DNA of 64,000 nucleotides from Longimicrobiales bacterium (GCA_041690395.1 JAWLHJ010000004.1:529365-593364); one strand, 5' to 3'; counted from the stretch's first letter, positions 37,257-47,681 are shown. The notes: generated by a model from the sequence alone, not told the origin. Numbers and translations: made by a program.

Positions 37257-40200
37257 TCAGCCCCCTCCGCCCCCCTGCGCGGGAAGCCCCACGTCGAGGT
37301 TGCGCTGGCGGTAGTCGAACTTCAGGTCGCGGTTGTCGGTCAGGGCCACCTCGAAGCGGAAGCTCCAGTTCCCGGTCGCAGTCTGCATGAAGTCGAAGTG
37401 AGCCTGCCAGCGGTGAAGGTCGCGGGTGAGCCGGATGATGTGGTCGTTGAACGCGTTCGCCTCGAGGTCGTACGACGTCCGCCAGCTCATGTCCCAGTTC
37501 TCGGTGGGCTGCAGCCGGAGGGTCCCGCTGAGCATCTGACTCAGCCGGTCCGGATCGTTCCTGGGCCGTTGCAGGCTGTACGAGATGTTGGCGTTCCACT
37601 GCCCGATGTCCGAGCTCCGTCGCTCGGGACCCTGCTGCTCGAGGGTCCTCGGATCGTCCGCTCCGGGAATGATGGAGCCCTCGCCCATCATGTCGTCCCC
37701 GAACGGGTCGTCCAGGTCGTCGAAGGCCTCGTCTTCGTCCCTGGGAGCCGGGTCCTCGCTCTGCCCCCCACCGAGCCCCAGCCAACGCACGATCCCGGAG
37801 CGTGAGCTGAGGGAGAATCCCAAGTTCAGCGAAGACAGGTGGGGGCGGAACCGGCGCTCCTGGAGCACGCCGTCGGCCAGCGAGTCCGCGAACAGCTGGT
37901 GGCGCATCGAGATCGAGAGGCCGCGCAGGTAGTCCGAGGTGATCTGGTTGGACAGCTCCGTGGTCTCGAAGCCCGCGAGGAACATCCCCGCGGAATCGGC
38001 CTCCACGAAGTCGTACCGGACCACGCTGGTGGTGAGCCCGAGCAGCGTCGTCACCGGAGGCCGCTGGATACGGCGTGGCCCGCCCTCGTCCTGCTGGGCC
38101 GTGTCCGGCCCGGTGAGCTCCGCGATCGACGCCGTGTCCGACAGGGGAACGTCGGGGTCGCCAGCCAGGGGGTCGTCGGGGTCACCGGTCTCGACGACGC
38201 CGGCGGGACCCGCCCGCCGGGCCGCGGCGGCCGAGTCGGCGCCCGGATCCTCTCGCCTACGCGCCTCGAACGTCTGGTTCAGCGTGACCGCGACGACGTT
38301 GCGCGGCCGAATGGCCCTGGATCCGAACACATCCTGCTGGAGTTGGCTCGGGTTGGCCGTCGGGGTCCACGCGTAGGTGATGGAGGGCGTGATCTTGTGC
38401 CGGATCGCCTCGAACGGGCCGACACCCGGGAAGAACCCGTAGATGTCGCTCTTCAACGTGGCTCCGAGCGACAGCCTGGTCGGGGCCGCCACGAAGTCCG
38501 ATGCGAGGCTCGACGTGTCGGCGCGGAAGAGGTCCCCGGAGAACGAGAGGTCGGGGGTGAGGGTCGTGGAGCCGATCAGCCGCTGCTGGTAGTTGATCGA
38601 GGTCCGCCACTCGATGGTCGCGTCCGCGATGTCCCGCGCCGGAGCCCCCGACACCAGGTCCTCCGGGCTCGGCGGTACCCCGGGCTCGGCATTCAACAGG
38701 GCTTCCGGCACCCCGATCGTGCGCCGCTCCGCGAAGGAGATCGACGGCGCCACCCGCAGATTCCCGATCCCGAGCCCGGTCGACACGCTCGCCCTCGCCG
38801 CCTCACGGTCCGCCCGCGCCAACGCGAACGTGTCCTGGGGCGCGTAGTCGGACGTGGTGCGCGAGAAGCTGGTATTGGCGTTCCACGTCATGTTGTTCCA
38901 GAAGGCCGCCTCGGTCGAGGGGGCAGGGAACAGCGTGCGGGAGGTGAACGACAGGCTGGCCTGCGGAAGCGTCCACTCGACGCGGTCGTCCGAAAGGTAT
39001 TGGTTCCGGTTGGCGTTGACGGTCAGGTTCCCCCAGTCGAAGCGCCGGCTCACGCCCCCGCTGGACGTGATCTGCTGGGTGACCTCCCTGGGGTCGAACG
39101 AGAACTCGCGGACGAAGTCGGCGGCCGCGTAGCGGGCGTCGATGTTGAGGCGCGTGCGCTCGTCGGGCTGCCAGCTGTGGTTGCTGTCGAGCGCGAACTG
39201 CGTACCGTCCTCCCCCCAGTAGCGCGTCACGTTCGCGCGCCCGTCGAGGAACTGCCGGTTGAGCCTGTACTGGAAGGCCGTGGTGAGGCTGAAGAAGGTG
39301 TCGCTGAACCAGTCGAAGGCGATCTGCGCGTCCGTGTAGTCGCTCATCGCCCAGTAGAAGCCCAGGTTGCTGATGCGTCGCCGGTAGCCCCTCGACGTCC
39401 TCACGATGTCGTTGATGCTGAAGCGTGGCGTGAGCAGGCCGGACGCGCGTCCCTGCTCGAGGTCCTGGGCGATGAACGGAAGCCAGGCCACGGGCACGTC
39501 GGCGAAGTACAGCCGCACGCCGCGCGCGACGAGAATCCGGCCTCCAATCACCTTGATCTGGTCGGACTCGAAGTGGTAATGCGGCTCCTCGAGGTCGCAG
39601 GAGGTGAACCGCGCGTGCGACATGAACGTCGAGTCCTGGCCCGCCCAGGGCATGTCCCCGGTCATGATCCACTGGGTGCCGCCCTCGCTGAACTCGGTCC
39701 GCGCCCCTAGCGCCGACCCGCGCTCCTGGTTCAGGTCGTATATCATGTCCACCGCGTCCACCGGGTCGTTGTCCGGCGGCGTGAAGGTCGACATGCCGCG
39801 GGTGCGCATGAGCCCGGTCGACTCGTCGAAGACGATCGCCGAGTCGGCCTGGACCTCGATCCCCTCCCTGCGGACCACGGCGCGCCCGTCCTCCGGCGCC
39901 TGCAGCACGAGCACGCGCTCCGTGGCTGTGAAGTCGGCGGACTCGCCCTCGTAGCGCGTCAGCGAGAAGCCCGGGAGCGCCGAGAGGGCGGCGATCACCG
40001 AATCCGCGTCCCCGGCCATGGCCGGGCGCCTCCCCGCCTGGGCCTCGGCCTGCCGGATCGAGTCCTCCTGGAAGAGCACGCTGTCCGCTCCGATCGGACG
40101 CGCGAGCCTCCGGAGGCGCTCCCGGAGCGCCTGCTCCACCGAGTCGGCCCGGGCGAGCGCACTGTCGGCCGCGAGCGTGTCCACTGCCAGCGTCGTGTCC

Positions 40201-40295
40201 GGGGGCGGGACGGGATCCTGACCGAGCGCGCGAGCGGGGGAGAGGACGCCGCAGAAGGCCAGCACCAGCGCGAGCGCTCCCCCCCTCCACGTCAT
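37257..40295 (-). CDS. lptD: Putative LPS assembly protein LptD
   Basis: Signal peptide, FTSCDLEEPHYHF, LYFADVPVAWLPF, SGLLTP, large barrel ending RDLHRW. Confidence 0.85.
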   Translation of the reverse strand: MTWRGGALALVLAFCGVLSPARALGQDPVPPPDTTLAVDTLAADSALARADSVEQALRERLRRLARPIGADSVLFQEDSIRQAEAQAGRRPAMAGDADSVIAALSALPGFSLTRYEGESADFTATERVLVLQAPEDGRAVVRREGIEVQADSAIVFDESTGLMRTRGMSTFTPPDNDPVDAVDMIYDLNQERGSALGARTEFSEGGTQWIMTGDMPWAGQDSTFMSHARFTSCDLEEPHYHFESDQIKVIGGRILVARGVRLYFADVPVAWLPFIAQDLEQGRASGLLTPRFSINDIVRTSRGYRRRISNLGFYWAMSDYTDAQIAFDWFSDTFFSLTTAFQYRLNRQFLDGRANVTRYWGEDGTQFALDSNHSWQPDERTRLNIDARYAAADFVREFSFDPREVTQQITSSGGVSRRFDWGNLTVNANRNQYLSDDRVEWTLPQASLSFTSRTLFPAPSTEAAFWNNMTWNANTSFSRTTSDYAPQDTFALARADREAARASVSTGLGIGNLRVAPSISFAERRTIGVPEALLNAEPGVPPSPEDLVSGAPARDIADATIEWRTSINYQQRLIGSTTLTPDLSFSGDLFRADTSSLASDFVAAPTRLSLGATLKSDIYGFFPGVGPFEAIRHKITPSITYAWTPTANPSQLQQDVFGSRAIRPRNVVAVTLNQTFEARRREDPGADSAAAARRAGPAGVVETGDPDDPLAGDPDVPLSDTASIAELTGPDTAQQDEGGPRRIQRPPVTTLLGLTTSVVRYDFVEADSAGMFLAGFETTELSNQITSDYLRGLSISMRHQLFADSLADGVLQERRFRPHLSSLNLGFSLSSRSGIVRWLGLGGGQSEDPAPRDEDEAFDDLDDPFGDDMMGEGSIIPGADDPRTLEQQGPERRSSDIGQWNANISYSLQRPRNDPDRLSQMLSGTLRLQPTENWDMSWRTSYDLEANAFNDHIIRLTRDLHRWQAHFDFMQTATGNWSFRFEVALTDNRDLKFDYRQRNLDVGLPAQGGGGG

Positions 40296-41143
40296 GAGTC
40301 CTCCGACGAGTCCCTTCGCTCGACGGCTCCCACCGGCGGCTCCTCGCTCGGCGAGTACTTCGCCCGGTACTCCTCCTCCAGCTCGCGCTCGCGTTTCCGG
40401 CGCCCACGGTAGATGCCCACCGACAGGAAGATCCCCAACTCGTAGAGCAGAATGAGCGGGAACATCATCATGACCGTGAGCGTGATCGCGTCGCCCGGCG
40501 TGATGAAGCTGGCGAGCACCGTGATCAGTACGATCGCGTGTCTCCGCTTCTCTCGGAGGAACTCGGGCGTGACCAGCCCGAGCGCGCTCAGGATCAGGAT
40601 GACGATCGGCAGCTCGAACACGACCCCGAACGCCAGGAGCATCTTCACGACGAAGCCCAGCGTGTTGTTGATCTCCAGCTGCCCGACCAGCGACTCGGTC
40701 ATGAATCCCTGGAAGAACTCCAGGGTGACGGGAAGGGCCGCGAAGTACGCGAGCGCCACGCCGGCCGCGAACAGGACGACGCCGAGGTAGAGCGCGGGAA
40801 GGATGGCGCGCTTCTCCCGCTTCTCCAGCGCCGGGGAGAGGAACGCCCAGATGTTGTAGACGAGGATCGGGAGGGCCAGGATGAGCCCGATGTAGATCGC
40901 CAGCCGGATCGTCACGAAGAACGGGTCCGCCGGGGACAGGTACACGAGCTGCAGGCTCGGATCGTCGCGCGCCGCGCGGATGGGCCGCATGAGGAGCTCG
41001 AGCGCATCGTAGTACGTCACCAGGAAGAACCCGATGCCGGTCCCGATGATCACCGCCACCAGCGACCAGAGGATACGCCAACGAAGCTCTTCCAGGTGAT
41101 CCAGGAAGGGCATCTCGCCTCGAGCATTGCGATGGCGCGTCAC
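40292..41143 (-). CDS. tatC: Twin-arginine translocase TatC
   Basis: MPFLDHLEELRWR, WAFLSPAL, FELP, ITPGD, LYE; start uncertain. Confidence 0.95.
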   Translation of the reverse strand: MTRHRNARGEMPFLDHLEELRWRILWSLVAVIIGTGIGFFLVTYYDALELLMRPIRAARDDPSLQLVYLSPADPFFVTIRLAIYIGLILALPILVYNIWAFLSPALEKREKRAILPALYLGVVLFAAGVALAYFAALPVTLEFFQGFMTESLVGQLEINNTLGFVVKMLLAFGVVFELPIVILILSALGLVTPEFLREKRRHAIVLITVLASFITPGDAITLTVMMMFPLILLYELGIFLSVGIYRGRRKRERELEEEYRAKYSPSEEPPVGAVERRDSSEDS

Positions 41144-41179
41144 GCGTGGGCTTCTGAGGGGCACGACAGGGTCCGTGGG

Positions 41180-41677
41180 CTAAATCGGAAGCTCTACCTG
41201 GTTTCTGCGGAGCTCCTCGCGTTCCTGAGCCGCAGCCATCTCGTCGATGAACTCTTGAAACTCACCCGCGTCCTGGAAGTTCCGGTAAACCGACGCAAAC
41301 CGCACGTAAGCCACGCGGTCGATCGGTCGCAGCAACTCCATGACGAGCGCACCCAGCTTCACGCTCGGCACTTCGAGGGACGCGGCCTTCGAGAGGTCGT
41401 CCTCCACGCGATCGACGAGCGCCTCCATGGTCGAGGCCGACACCGGCCTCTTGGCGCAAGCGATCTTCACGCTGTCGAGGAGCTTCCCACGATCGAAGTC
41501 CTCGACCGCGCCGGAGCGCTTGAGGACCTGGAAAGGCCGCTCTTCGACGTACTCGTACGTCGTGAAGCGCGCACCGCACACGGAGCACTCGCGTCGGCGC
41601 CGGACGGCCCGCCCGCCCCGACTGGCCCGAGTGTCGACGACCCGGTTCTCCGTGGCATCGCACTCGGGACACCGCAT
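41180..41677 (-). CDS. nrdR: Transcriptional repressor NrdR
   Basis: MRCPEC, RRRRECSVCGARFTTYE, ATP cone, VAYVRFASVY. Confidence 0.97.
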   Translation of the reverse strand: MRCPECDATENRVVDTRASRGGRAVRRRRECSVCGARFTTYEYVEERPFQVLKRSGAVEDFDRGKLLDSVKIACAKRPVSASTMEALVDRVEDDLSKAASLEVPSVKLGALVMELLRPIDRVAYVRFASVYRNFQDAGEFQEFIDEMAAAQEREELRRNQVELPI

Positions 41678-41718
41678 GGGTCAGCGCGACGATCGCAGGG
41701 CGACGACGAGGCGCCGCA

Positions 41719-42516
41719 CTACCCGATCTCTTCCAGCTTGTCCCGCGCGATCAGGGCGATCGCGGTGTCGGGGTACGTATTCACGATCCGCTGGAGGAGC
41801 TCCCGCGCTTCGTCGACGTCACCCGTCTCGATGTGAAGGAGCGCCATGCGATACAGCGCGTCCGGCACCCGTGACGACGAAGGGAAGCGCGCCTGGACCT
41901 CCGAGAAGGCTTCCAGCGCCGCCTCGGAGTCGCCCTCCTGGACCAGGATGTCCGCCAGGAAGAAGTACGCGTCTGGCGTCCGGGCGTGGTTGGGGTACTC
42001 CTCCACGAACTGCCTGAACGCACGCTGCGCGGTGCTCAGCGATCCCCGCGACAGCTGCTGGGACGCGGCCTGCCAGAGTTGCTCCGCATCGGAGCCTCCG
42101 CCGCCCATCCCGGGCACTCCCTCGTTGCCGCCCGGCGTCGCGCCTCCTCCGGAAGGCGCGGTCTGCGTGCCGCCTCGCGCCATCTGATCACGCAGCATGG
42201 CGATGCCGCGCTGATTCTCACCCGTGAGGGCGCGCATCTGCCCGAGCTCGTCCCGCACCTCGCGCAGGAGGCGAAGCACGTCACCGCGGAAGTCGAACAG
42301 CTGCCCGGACTGGGTGCGCAGCGTGTCCTGGGTCATCGCGGTCGCCATGCGCAGCTCCGTGATGAGCGAATCCTGCCTGACCGTCAGGGTACGGATCTCA
42401 CCCTGGAGGTCCCGGATGTCGCTCTTCATGGCGCAACCGCCGAGCGTGGAGACGGCGGCCACCGCCAGGAAGGCGCGGGCCGCCGTGGAGCGTCTCTTTC
42501 GTGTCATGTTCGACAT
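41719..42516 (-). CDS. cpoB: Tol-Pal associated protein CpoB/YbgF
   Basis: Lipobox LGGC, coiled coil, TPRs; directly after pal. Confidence 0.85.
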   Translation of the reverse strand: MSNMTRKRRSTAARAFLAVAAVSTLGGCAMKSDIRDLQGEIRTLTVRQDSLITELRMATAMTQDTLRTQSGQLFDFRGDVLRLLREVRDELGQMRALTGENQRGIAMLRDQMARGGTQTAPSGGGATPGGNEGVPGMGGGGSDAEQLWQAASQQLSRGSLSTAQRAFRQFVEEYPNHARTPDAYFFLADILVQEGDSEAALEAFSEVQARFPSSSRVPDALYRMALLHIETGDVDEARELLQRIVNTYPDTAIALIARDKLEEIG

Positions 42517-42571
42517 TGGGTCCCTCCCCCGGTGTGGTGTCCGGGGGAGGGAACCCGCAAGGGTCGTACCG

Positions 42572-43168
42572 TTAGTTGGCCGGATTGATCGCGTTCGCGC
42601 CGGCGGTGATCACGAACTCACCACGCCGGTTCTGCGACCAGGCCTGCTCGTTCGAGCCCGTCGCGATCGGACGGCCCTCGCCGAACGACACCGTCTCGAA
42701 ACGGTTGGCGGCCAGACCGAAGTCCGTCAGGAACTCACGGATCGCCTCAGCCCGGCGGTTGCCCAGCGCGAGGTTGTACTCGGTGGAGCCACGCTCGTCG
42801 GCATGTCCCTCGATGCGGATGCGCACCTGCGGGCTGGCCTGGAGGATCGCGGCCTTCTGCCGGAGCAGTGCCTCTGCGGCCGGCTCGATGTCCGACTCGT
42901 CGTAGTCGAAGAACACGCGGGCCTCGAGGGTCTCGCGGGCGCTGGCGACGGCACGAGCGCGCGCTGCTGCGGCGGCGCTGTCGGCGGCCGCGCGAGCGGC
43001 GGCTTCCGCGGCGGCGCGCTGGGCGGCGGCGACGGAGTCACGGTAGCGCTGGAGCGAGTCCTGATCGGGGGCCGGCGGGGCCGGCGGCGGCGGCGGCGGG
43101 TCGCCGCCGCAGGAACCTGCGACGAACGTGGCGACCAGAACCGTCAAGACAAAGCGGCGGACGATCAT
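42572..43168 (-). CDS. pal: Peptidoglycan-associated lipoprotein Pal
   Basis: VFFDYD, IEGHADERGSTEYNLALGNRRA, SFGE, NRR. Confidence 0.93.
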   Translation of the reverse strand: MIVRRFVLTVLVATFVAGSCGGDPPPPPPAPPAPDQDSLQRYRDSVAAAQRAAAEAAARAAADSAAAAARARAVASARETLEARVFFDYDESDIEPAAEALLRQKAAILQASPQVRIRIEGHADERGSTEYNLALGNRRAEAIREFLTDFGLAANRFETVSFGEGRPIATGSNEQAWSQNRRGEFVITAGANAINPAN

Positions 43169-43339
43169 CCGAACTCCCGGGTTGAACCTGTGGTGTGTTG
43201 AGCGGTGCCCGCCGTTCGGCCAGGCGACGCAACGAAGGTAACCACCTTTTCCGGTGGCGAAAGCCCTCTTGCATATATGCCGAAAGTGGCTGGAATGCAA
43301 CACTTTCAGAACGCGTCCGGCCGGGGTGGGCCCCGGCCC

Positions 43340-44704
43340 TCAGCGGAGCGCCGGCGACCAATCCGGAACGCCCACCCTCCGGCCCGACATCAGCGCCCGG
43401 ATCCGGCCCGTGGCCGCATCCACCACGAAGAGTCCGTACCCCCAGCTGCGCTCCCCGACGAACACGAGGTGCCGTCCGTCGGGGGCCCAGCTCGGGTCCT
43501 CGTTGTTCCCCTCCGAGGTGAGCTGGCGCAGCACGCGTCCCCCGTCCTCGAGGTTGGCGACCAGGATGTGGTAGCGGCCACGCTCGATCCGTCCGTGGAA
43601 CGCCACCCGGTCGCCGTGCGGCGCCCAATCCGGCGACGTGTAGTATCCGCCGCTGCCGTACTGGTAGGGCGAGAGGGTCTCTGCCTCACCGCCCTGCGCG
43701 GGCATCAGCATGATCTGCGGCACGGCGTCGCCGAAGCGGAGCGTGTTGAACGCCAGCCAACGCCCGTCCGGCGAGTAGGTGGGCGACAGGTCGTACCACT
43801 GCCCGCCCGACAGGTACGTCAGGCAGCAGTCGCGCGCGATGTCGTACGTGAAGATGCCACTCTGTCCGCCACGGCCGAGCACGGAGAAGGCGAGCGTCCG
43901 CCCGTCGGGGTGGTACGCCGGCGTGATGTAGTCACCCGCCCCTCGCACTTCCGGGATCATGGTGCGCGAGCCCGTCGCGAGCTCCGTCTCGAAGATCCGC
44001 GGCTGGCCGTTGGCCCACGACGCGTAGGCGATCTTGCGCCCGTCGGGCGACCAGGTGGGGGACTCCACGAGGCTCGCCTCGTCGGTGACCCGCCTCAGGT
44101 TCTCCCCGTCCGAGTCGATGATGTAGATGTCCTTGTTGTTGTTCTGGTCGGTCATCGTGAACGAGATCCGGCTCGCCGCCATCCCGGGCTCTCCGGTGAT
44201 CCACTCGACGATCCGGTCCGACACCCGGTGCACGGCCATCCGGAAGTCGGGGTCGGCGGCGGTCGGGAGCATGAAGCGCTCGGTCTCACTCACGCCCCCG
44301 TAGACGACGTCGTGGACCGAGAGCACGAGCACGAAGCCCTCCCCCGCCCCCTCGACCCGCCCGTCGACCAGCCAGTCGGCGCCGAGGCGGTCCCAGAGCG
44401 CGTAGTCGACCGCGTCGTCCATCATTCCGTCGGGGAGCTGGTCGATGACGTTGAACCGATCGGAGTTCCGGAGATCGCGCCCGATGATGGCCTCCACGTC
44501 GGGGGCCACGCCGGCGCCCCCGAAGCTGCCCGAGAACGGCTTGACGGCGAGAGCCGGCTGGTACGCCGTCTCGTAGACGAGTCCGAGACTGACGCCGGGA
44601 ATCTGGTCGGGCTCCTGCGCGGCCGACCGCGTGGGGAAGACGAGCGTCGCCGCGAGGGCGAGCCCCACGAGCGTCCAGTGGGTCACTTTCCATGCTCTCT
44701 TCAC
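43340..44704 (-). CDS. tolB: TolB
   Basis: TolB N-domain plus PD40 repeats (PTWSPDG, PAYHPDG, PSWAPDG). Confidence 0.9.
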   Translation of the reverse strand: MKRAWKVTHWTLVGLALAATLVFPTRSAAQEPDQIPGVSLGLVYETAYQPALAVKPFSGSFGGAGVAPDVEAIIGRDLRNSDRFNVIDQLPDGMMDDAVDYALWDRLGADWLVDGRVEGAGEGFVLVLSVHDVVYGGVSETERFMLPTAADPDFRMAVHRVSDRIVEWITGEPGMAASRISFTMTDQNNNKDIYIIDSDGENLRRVTDEASLVESPTWSPDGRKIAYASWANGQPRIFETELATGSRTMIPEVRGAGDYITPAYHPDGRTLAFSVLGRGGQSGIFTYDIARDCCLTYLSGGQWYDLSPTYSPDGRWLAFNTLRFGDAVPQIMLMPAQGGEAETLSPYQYGSGGYYTSPDWAPHGDRVAFHGRIERGRYHILVANLEDGGRVLRQLTSEGNNEDPSWAPDGRHLVFVGERSWGYGLFVVDAATGRIRALMSGRRVGVPDWSPALR

Positions 44705-44711
44705 GCGCGTC

Positions 44712-45473
44712 TCACCTCTCCATGCCGGTCGGCCTGAAATTGAACTGAATCGGAAGCCTGTCATACGGAAGATCCTCCGGCAGGGGTCCGAAGCGCCCCT
44801 GACCGGCGCACTCGATGGCGCCCATGGCCGTGAAGTCGAACTGGGTGTTTCCCGAGCGGGTCGCGAACTCGATGTCGGTCGCGGTCCCGTCCCTCCGGAT
44901 CGCGAAGCGGATCGTCGTCTCCCAGCTGCCCGAGCCCTGCCAACGGAAGCACCGCTGGATCTGCCGGATGATGTTGTCGTAGTAGGCCGGGTAGTCCCGC
45001 CGCAGTCCTTCGAGCCGAACGTTGATGTCCTCCCCGGACTCCGTCGCGTCCTCGGTCGGCTCCTCGGTCGTGGTGGCGGGGGTCGGCTCCTCCTCCACGG
45101 GTGGCTGCGGCTCCTCGGCGGGCGTCGCCGGCTCGGGCTCGGGCTCGGGCTCTGCCTCCTCGGGCTCCGGCTCGGGCTCGGGTTCCGGTTCCGGCTCGGT
45201 CTCCTCCGGGGGAGGCGGCGTGGGCTCGGGTTCGGGCTCCGGCTCCGGCCGGGTCTCGACGGGGCGCTCGACGACCAGCTCCTCGGCGGCGACCTGTCGC
45301 ACGTCGGCCTGGGTGGTCGGCGGGGGCGACACCAGCTCGATCTCGATGGCCGCGAACTCGATCACTTCGGGCCGGTACAGCGTGCTCAACCAGCCGAGCA
45401 CGAAGATCCCGGCGTGGAGCACCAGCGACAGGGCGAACGCCCTCCGCTCCCGCGTGGCTCGGGACCGCGCCAT
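44712..45473 (-). CDS. TolA/TonB family protein
   Basis: SLVLH TM motif, EP-rich linker, TonB_2-like C-terminus. Confidence 0.85.
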   Translation of the reverse strand: MARSRATRERRAFALSLVLHAGIFVLGWLSTLYRPEVIEFAAIEIELVSPPPTTQADVRQVAAEELVVERPVETRPEPEPEPEPTPPPPEETEPEPEPEPEPEPEEAEPEPEPEPATPAEEPQPPVEEEPTPATTTEEPTEDATESGEDINVRLEGLRRDYPAYYDNIIRQIQRCFRWQGSGSWETTIRFAIRRDGTATDIEFATRSGNTQFDFTAMGAIECAGQGRFGPLPEDLPYDRLPIQFNFRPTGMER

Positions 45474-45479
45474 GCCGTC

Positions 45480-45914
45480 CTACCTCGAGCCGCGGTACGG
45501 CTCGGCCACGACCGACCAGTTCACGCCACTGTTCACCGCGGTCGACATGGCCTTGAGCACCGGACCGTAGGGCGCCAGGGAGTCCGCACGGATGTAGATG
45601 CGCTCGACCTCCCCGACCTCCATGAGCTGGGGCAGGGTCGTCTCGAGCTCCTCGAGCGTGACCTCCGTCTCCTCCATGAAGATCCGGCCGTCGCGCATCA
45701 CCGTGATGAAGAACGGGCTCTCCTGGGACGTGATCGGCCGGACGTCCGCTCGCGGGATCGACACCTCGATCCCACCCTGCAGGATGGGCGCGGTGATGAT
45801 GAAGATCACGAGCAGCGTGAACGCCACGTCCACCAGGCTGGTGACGTTGATCTCGGCATTGATGGGCAGATCGCTCCGCCCCACGCCACGCGAGCTCCGA
45901 CCCCGTCGTGGCAT
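45480..45914 (-). CDS. tolR: TolR/ExbD
   Basis: EINVTSLVDVAFTLLVIFIITAP. Confidence 0.9.
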   Translation of the reverse strand: MPRRGRSSRGVGRSDLPINAEINVTSLVDVAFTLLVIFIITAPILQGGIEVSIPRADVRPITSQESPFFITVMRDGRIFMEETEVTLEELETTLPQLMEVGEVERIYIRADSLAPYGPVLKAMSTAVNSGVNWSVVAEPYRGSR

Positions 45915-46636
45915 CAGACGCGCCCTTCGCGCGCCAGAGTCCCGATGAACTCGCTCGAGAAGCCCTCGAGCTCCCCGGTGACGAGGTTCAGCTTCGACAC
46001 GAAGTGGTTGTAGGCGATGACCGCGGGGATCGCGACCGCCAGGCCCGCCACGGTGGTCACCAGCGCCTCGGCCACGCCGGGCGCCACGGCCATGATGTTG
46101 CTGGAGCCGGACTGGGTGATCCCCAGGAAGGCGTTCATGACGCCGATGACGGTGCCCATGAGGCCCATCAGCGGCGACACGGACCCGACCACGGCGAGCG
46201 AACCGAGACCGTGCGCGAGCTCGTCACGCTCCTCCGCTTCTTCCTTCTCCAGCACCATACGCAGCGCTTCGAGCTGCGTGAGCGACAGACCCTGGGTCGG
46301 CGGCGCGCCCTGCCGGAGCGCTCCCGGACGCAGCTCGCTGAAGAAGTTCACGCCCTGCCGGAAGACCCTTCCGTATGGCGAATCCGGCAGCGTCAGGATC
46401 GCCTTGTACGCGTCTTCGAGCCGCTGCGCCCGCTCCATCTGCTCCAGGAAGCGGTCGCCCTCGAGGCGAACGTCCCGGAACTGGCGCCATTTCACGAAGA
46501 TCATCCACCAGGAGAAGAGCGAGAAGACGGCGAGCACGCTGAGGACGATCTTCGTGGGGAGCGTGCCCCCGACGACCATCTCGAACGCGTTCGTGGGCGG
46601 CGCAGCCTGCAGGAGGAAGAAGTACGTCGCGCTCAT
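45914..46636 (-). CDS. tolQ: TolQ/ExbB proton channel
   Basis: SPLMGLMGTVIG, VAPGVAEALVTTVAGLAVAIPAV. Confidence 0.9.
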   Translation of the reverse strand: MSATYFFLLQAAPPTNAFEMVVGGTLPTKIVLSVLAVFSLFSWWMIFVKWRQFRDVRLEGDRFLEQMERAQRLEDAYKAILTLPDSPYGRVFRQGVNFFSELRPGALRQGAPPTQGLSLTQLEALRMVLEKEEAEERDELAHGLGSLAVVGSVSPLMGLMGTVIGVMNAFLGITQSGSSNIMAVAPGVAEALVTTVAGLAVAIPAVIAYNHFVSKLNLVTGELEGFSSEFIGTLAREGRV

Positions 46637-47601
46637 GCCTTCCCGGCCCTCGTCTCTCGGATGAATTCGTACGTTTCCCGGAGCCCCTCTTCTAGCGTGA
46701 AGGCGGGGGCCCATCCCCGACTCCGCAACAGGCTCGCGTCGAGCGTGCTGTGCCGGAGCTCCCCGGGACGCTCGGACTGGTGGTCCCTGGGCTGGGACGT
46801 TCCAGCGATCCCTTCGAGCACGTCGGCGAGCTCGTTCACGCTGGTTCCCTTCCCCGTACCCACGTTGAACGCGCGCGCGTCCAGGCCCTGCTCGTCGGGC
46901 AGGTCGAGCTCCGACGCGGCCATGTTCGCCGCGACCACGTCACGCACGAAGACGTAGTCCCGTGTCTGCTTGCCGTCCCCGAACACGGTCAGACGCTCGC
47001 CGGAGAGGAGCCGGTTGCAGAAGATCGCTACTACACCCGCCTCACCATGCGGATCCTGGCGCGGTCCGAACACGTTCGAATAGCGCAGCGCGACATACTC
47101 GAGCCCACGGATGCGCCGGTAGTAGTTCAGGTAGTACTCGCCGGTGAGCTTCGTGACGCCGTACGGCGAGAGCGGAAGCTTGGGCGCGGACTCCGGCGTC
47201 GGGATCTGCTCCGGCTCGCCGTAGACCACGCCGCCGCTCGACACGTAGACGACGCGCCTCGTGCCGACCTCGATCGCCGCCTCGGTCAGGTTCAGCAGCC
47301 CCATGACGTTGATGCTGGCGTCCTTGGCGGGGTCCGAGACCGAGACACGCACGTCGATCTGCGCGGCGTGGTGATTCACGATGTCGAAGCGGACCTCCCG
47401 GAAGAGGTTCCTGATGGCCGGATCGCGGATGTCCATCTGGACGAACTCCGCACCGGCGGGCACGTTCGCGCGCTTGCCGGAGGAGAGATCGTCGACGATC
47501 CAGACGGCGTCACCGTTGGCGAGATACGCGTCGGCGACGTGGCTCCCGATGAAGCCGGCGCCGCCGGTCACCAGGACGTTTCTCTTCGAAGGGGGCGTCA
47601 T
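46633..47601 (-). CDS. NAD-dependent epimerase (UDP-glucose 4-epimerase-like)
   Basis: VTGGAGFIGSH, YGVTK, NVFGPRQDPHGEAGVV. Confidence 0.9.
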   Translation of the reverse strand: MTPPSKRNVLVTGGAGFIGSHVADAYLANGDAVWIVDDLSSGKRANVPAGAEFVQMDIRDPAIRNLFREVRFDIVNHHAAQIDVRVSVSDPAKDASINVMGLLNLTEAAIEVGTRRVVYVSSGGVVYGEPEQIPTPESAPKLPLSPYGVTKLTGEYYLNYYRRIRGLEYVALRYSNVFGPRQDPHGEAGVVAIFCNRLLSGERLTVFGDGKQTRDYVFVRDVVAANMAASELDLPDEQGLDARAFNVGTGKGTSVNELADVLEGIAGTSQPRDHQSERPGELRHSTLDASLLRSRGWAPAFTLEEGLRETYEFIRETRAGKA

Positions 47602-47649
47602 GACATCGATACGGAGGGTGAGGGGAGTGCGAACCTGCTAAGTAAACGA

Positions 47650-47681
47650 GAGTCCCCGCCGGCGGAAACCGGCGGGGACTC
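47650..47681 (-). terminator. Intrinsic terminator after the LysM gene
   Basis: GAGTCCCCGCCGG-cggaaa-CCGGCGGGGACTC, followed on the minus strand by UCGUUUAC. Confidence 0.75.

Noticed and set aside
47625..47633. GAGTGCGAA CIRCE-like half site
   Set aside because: No matching left arm at 9-nt spacing and not upstream of a chaperone gene
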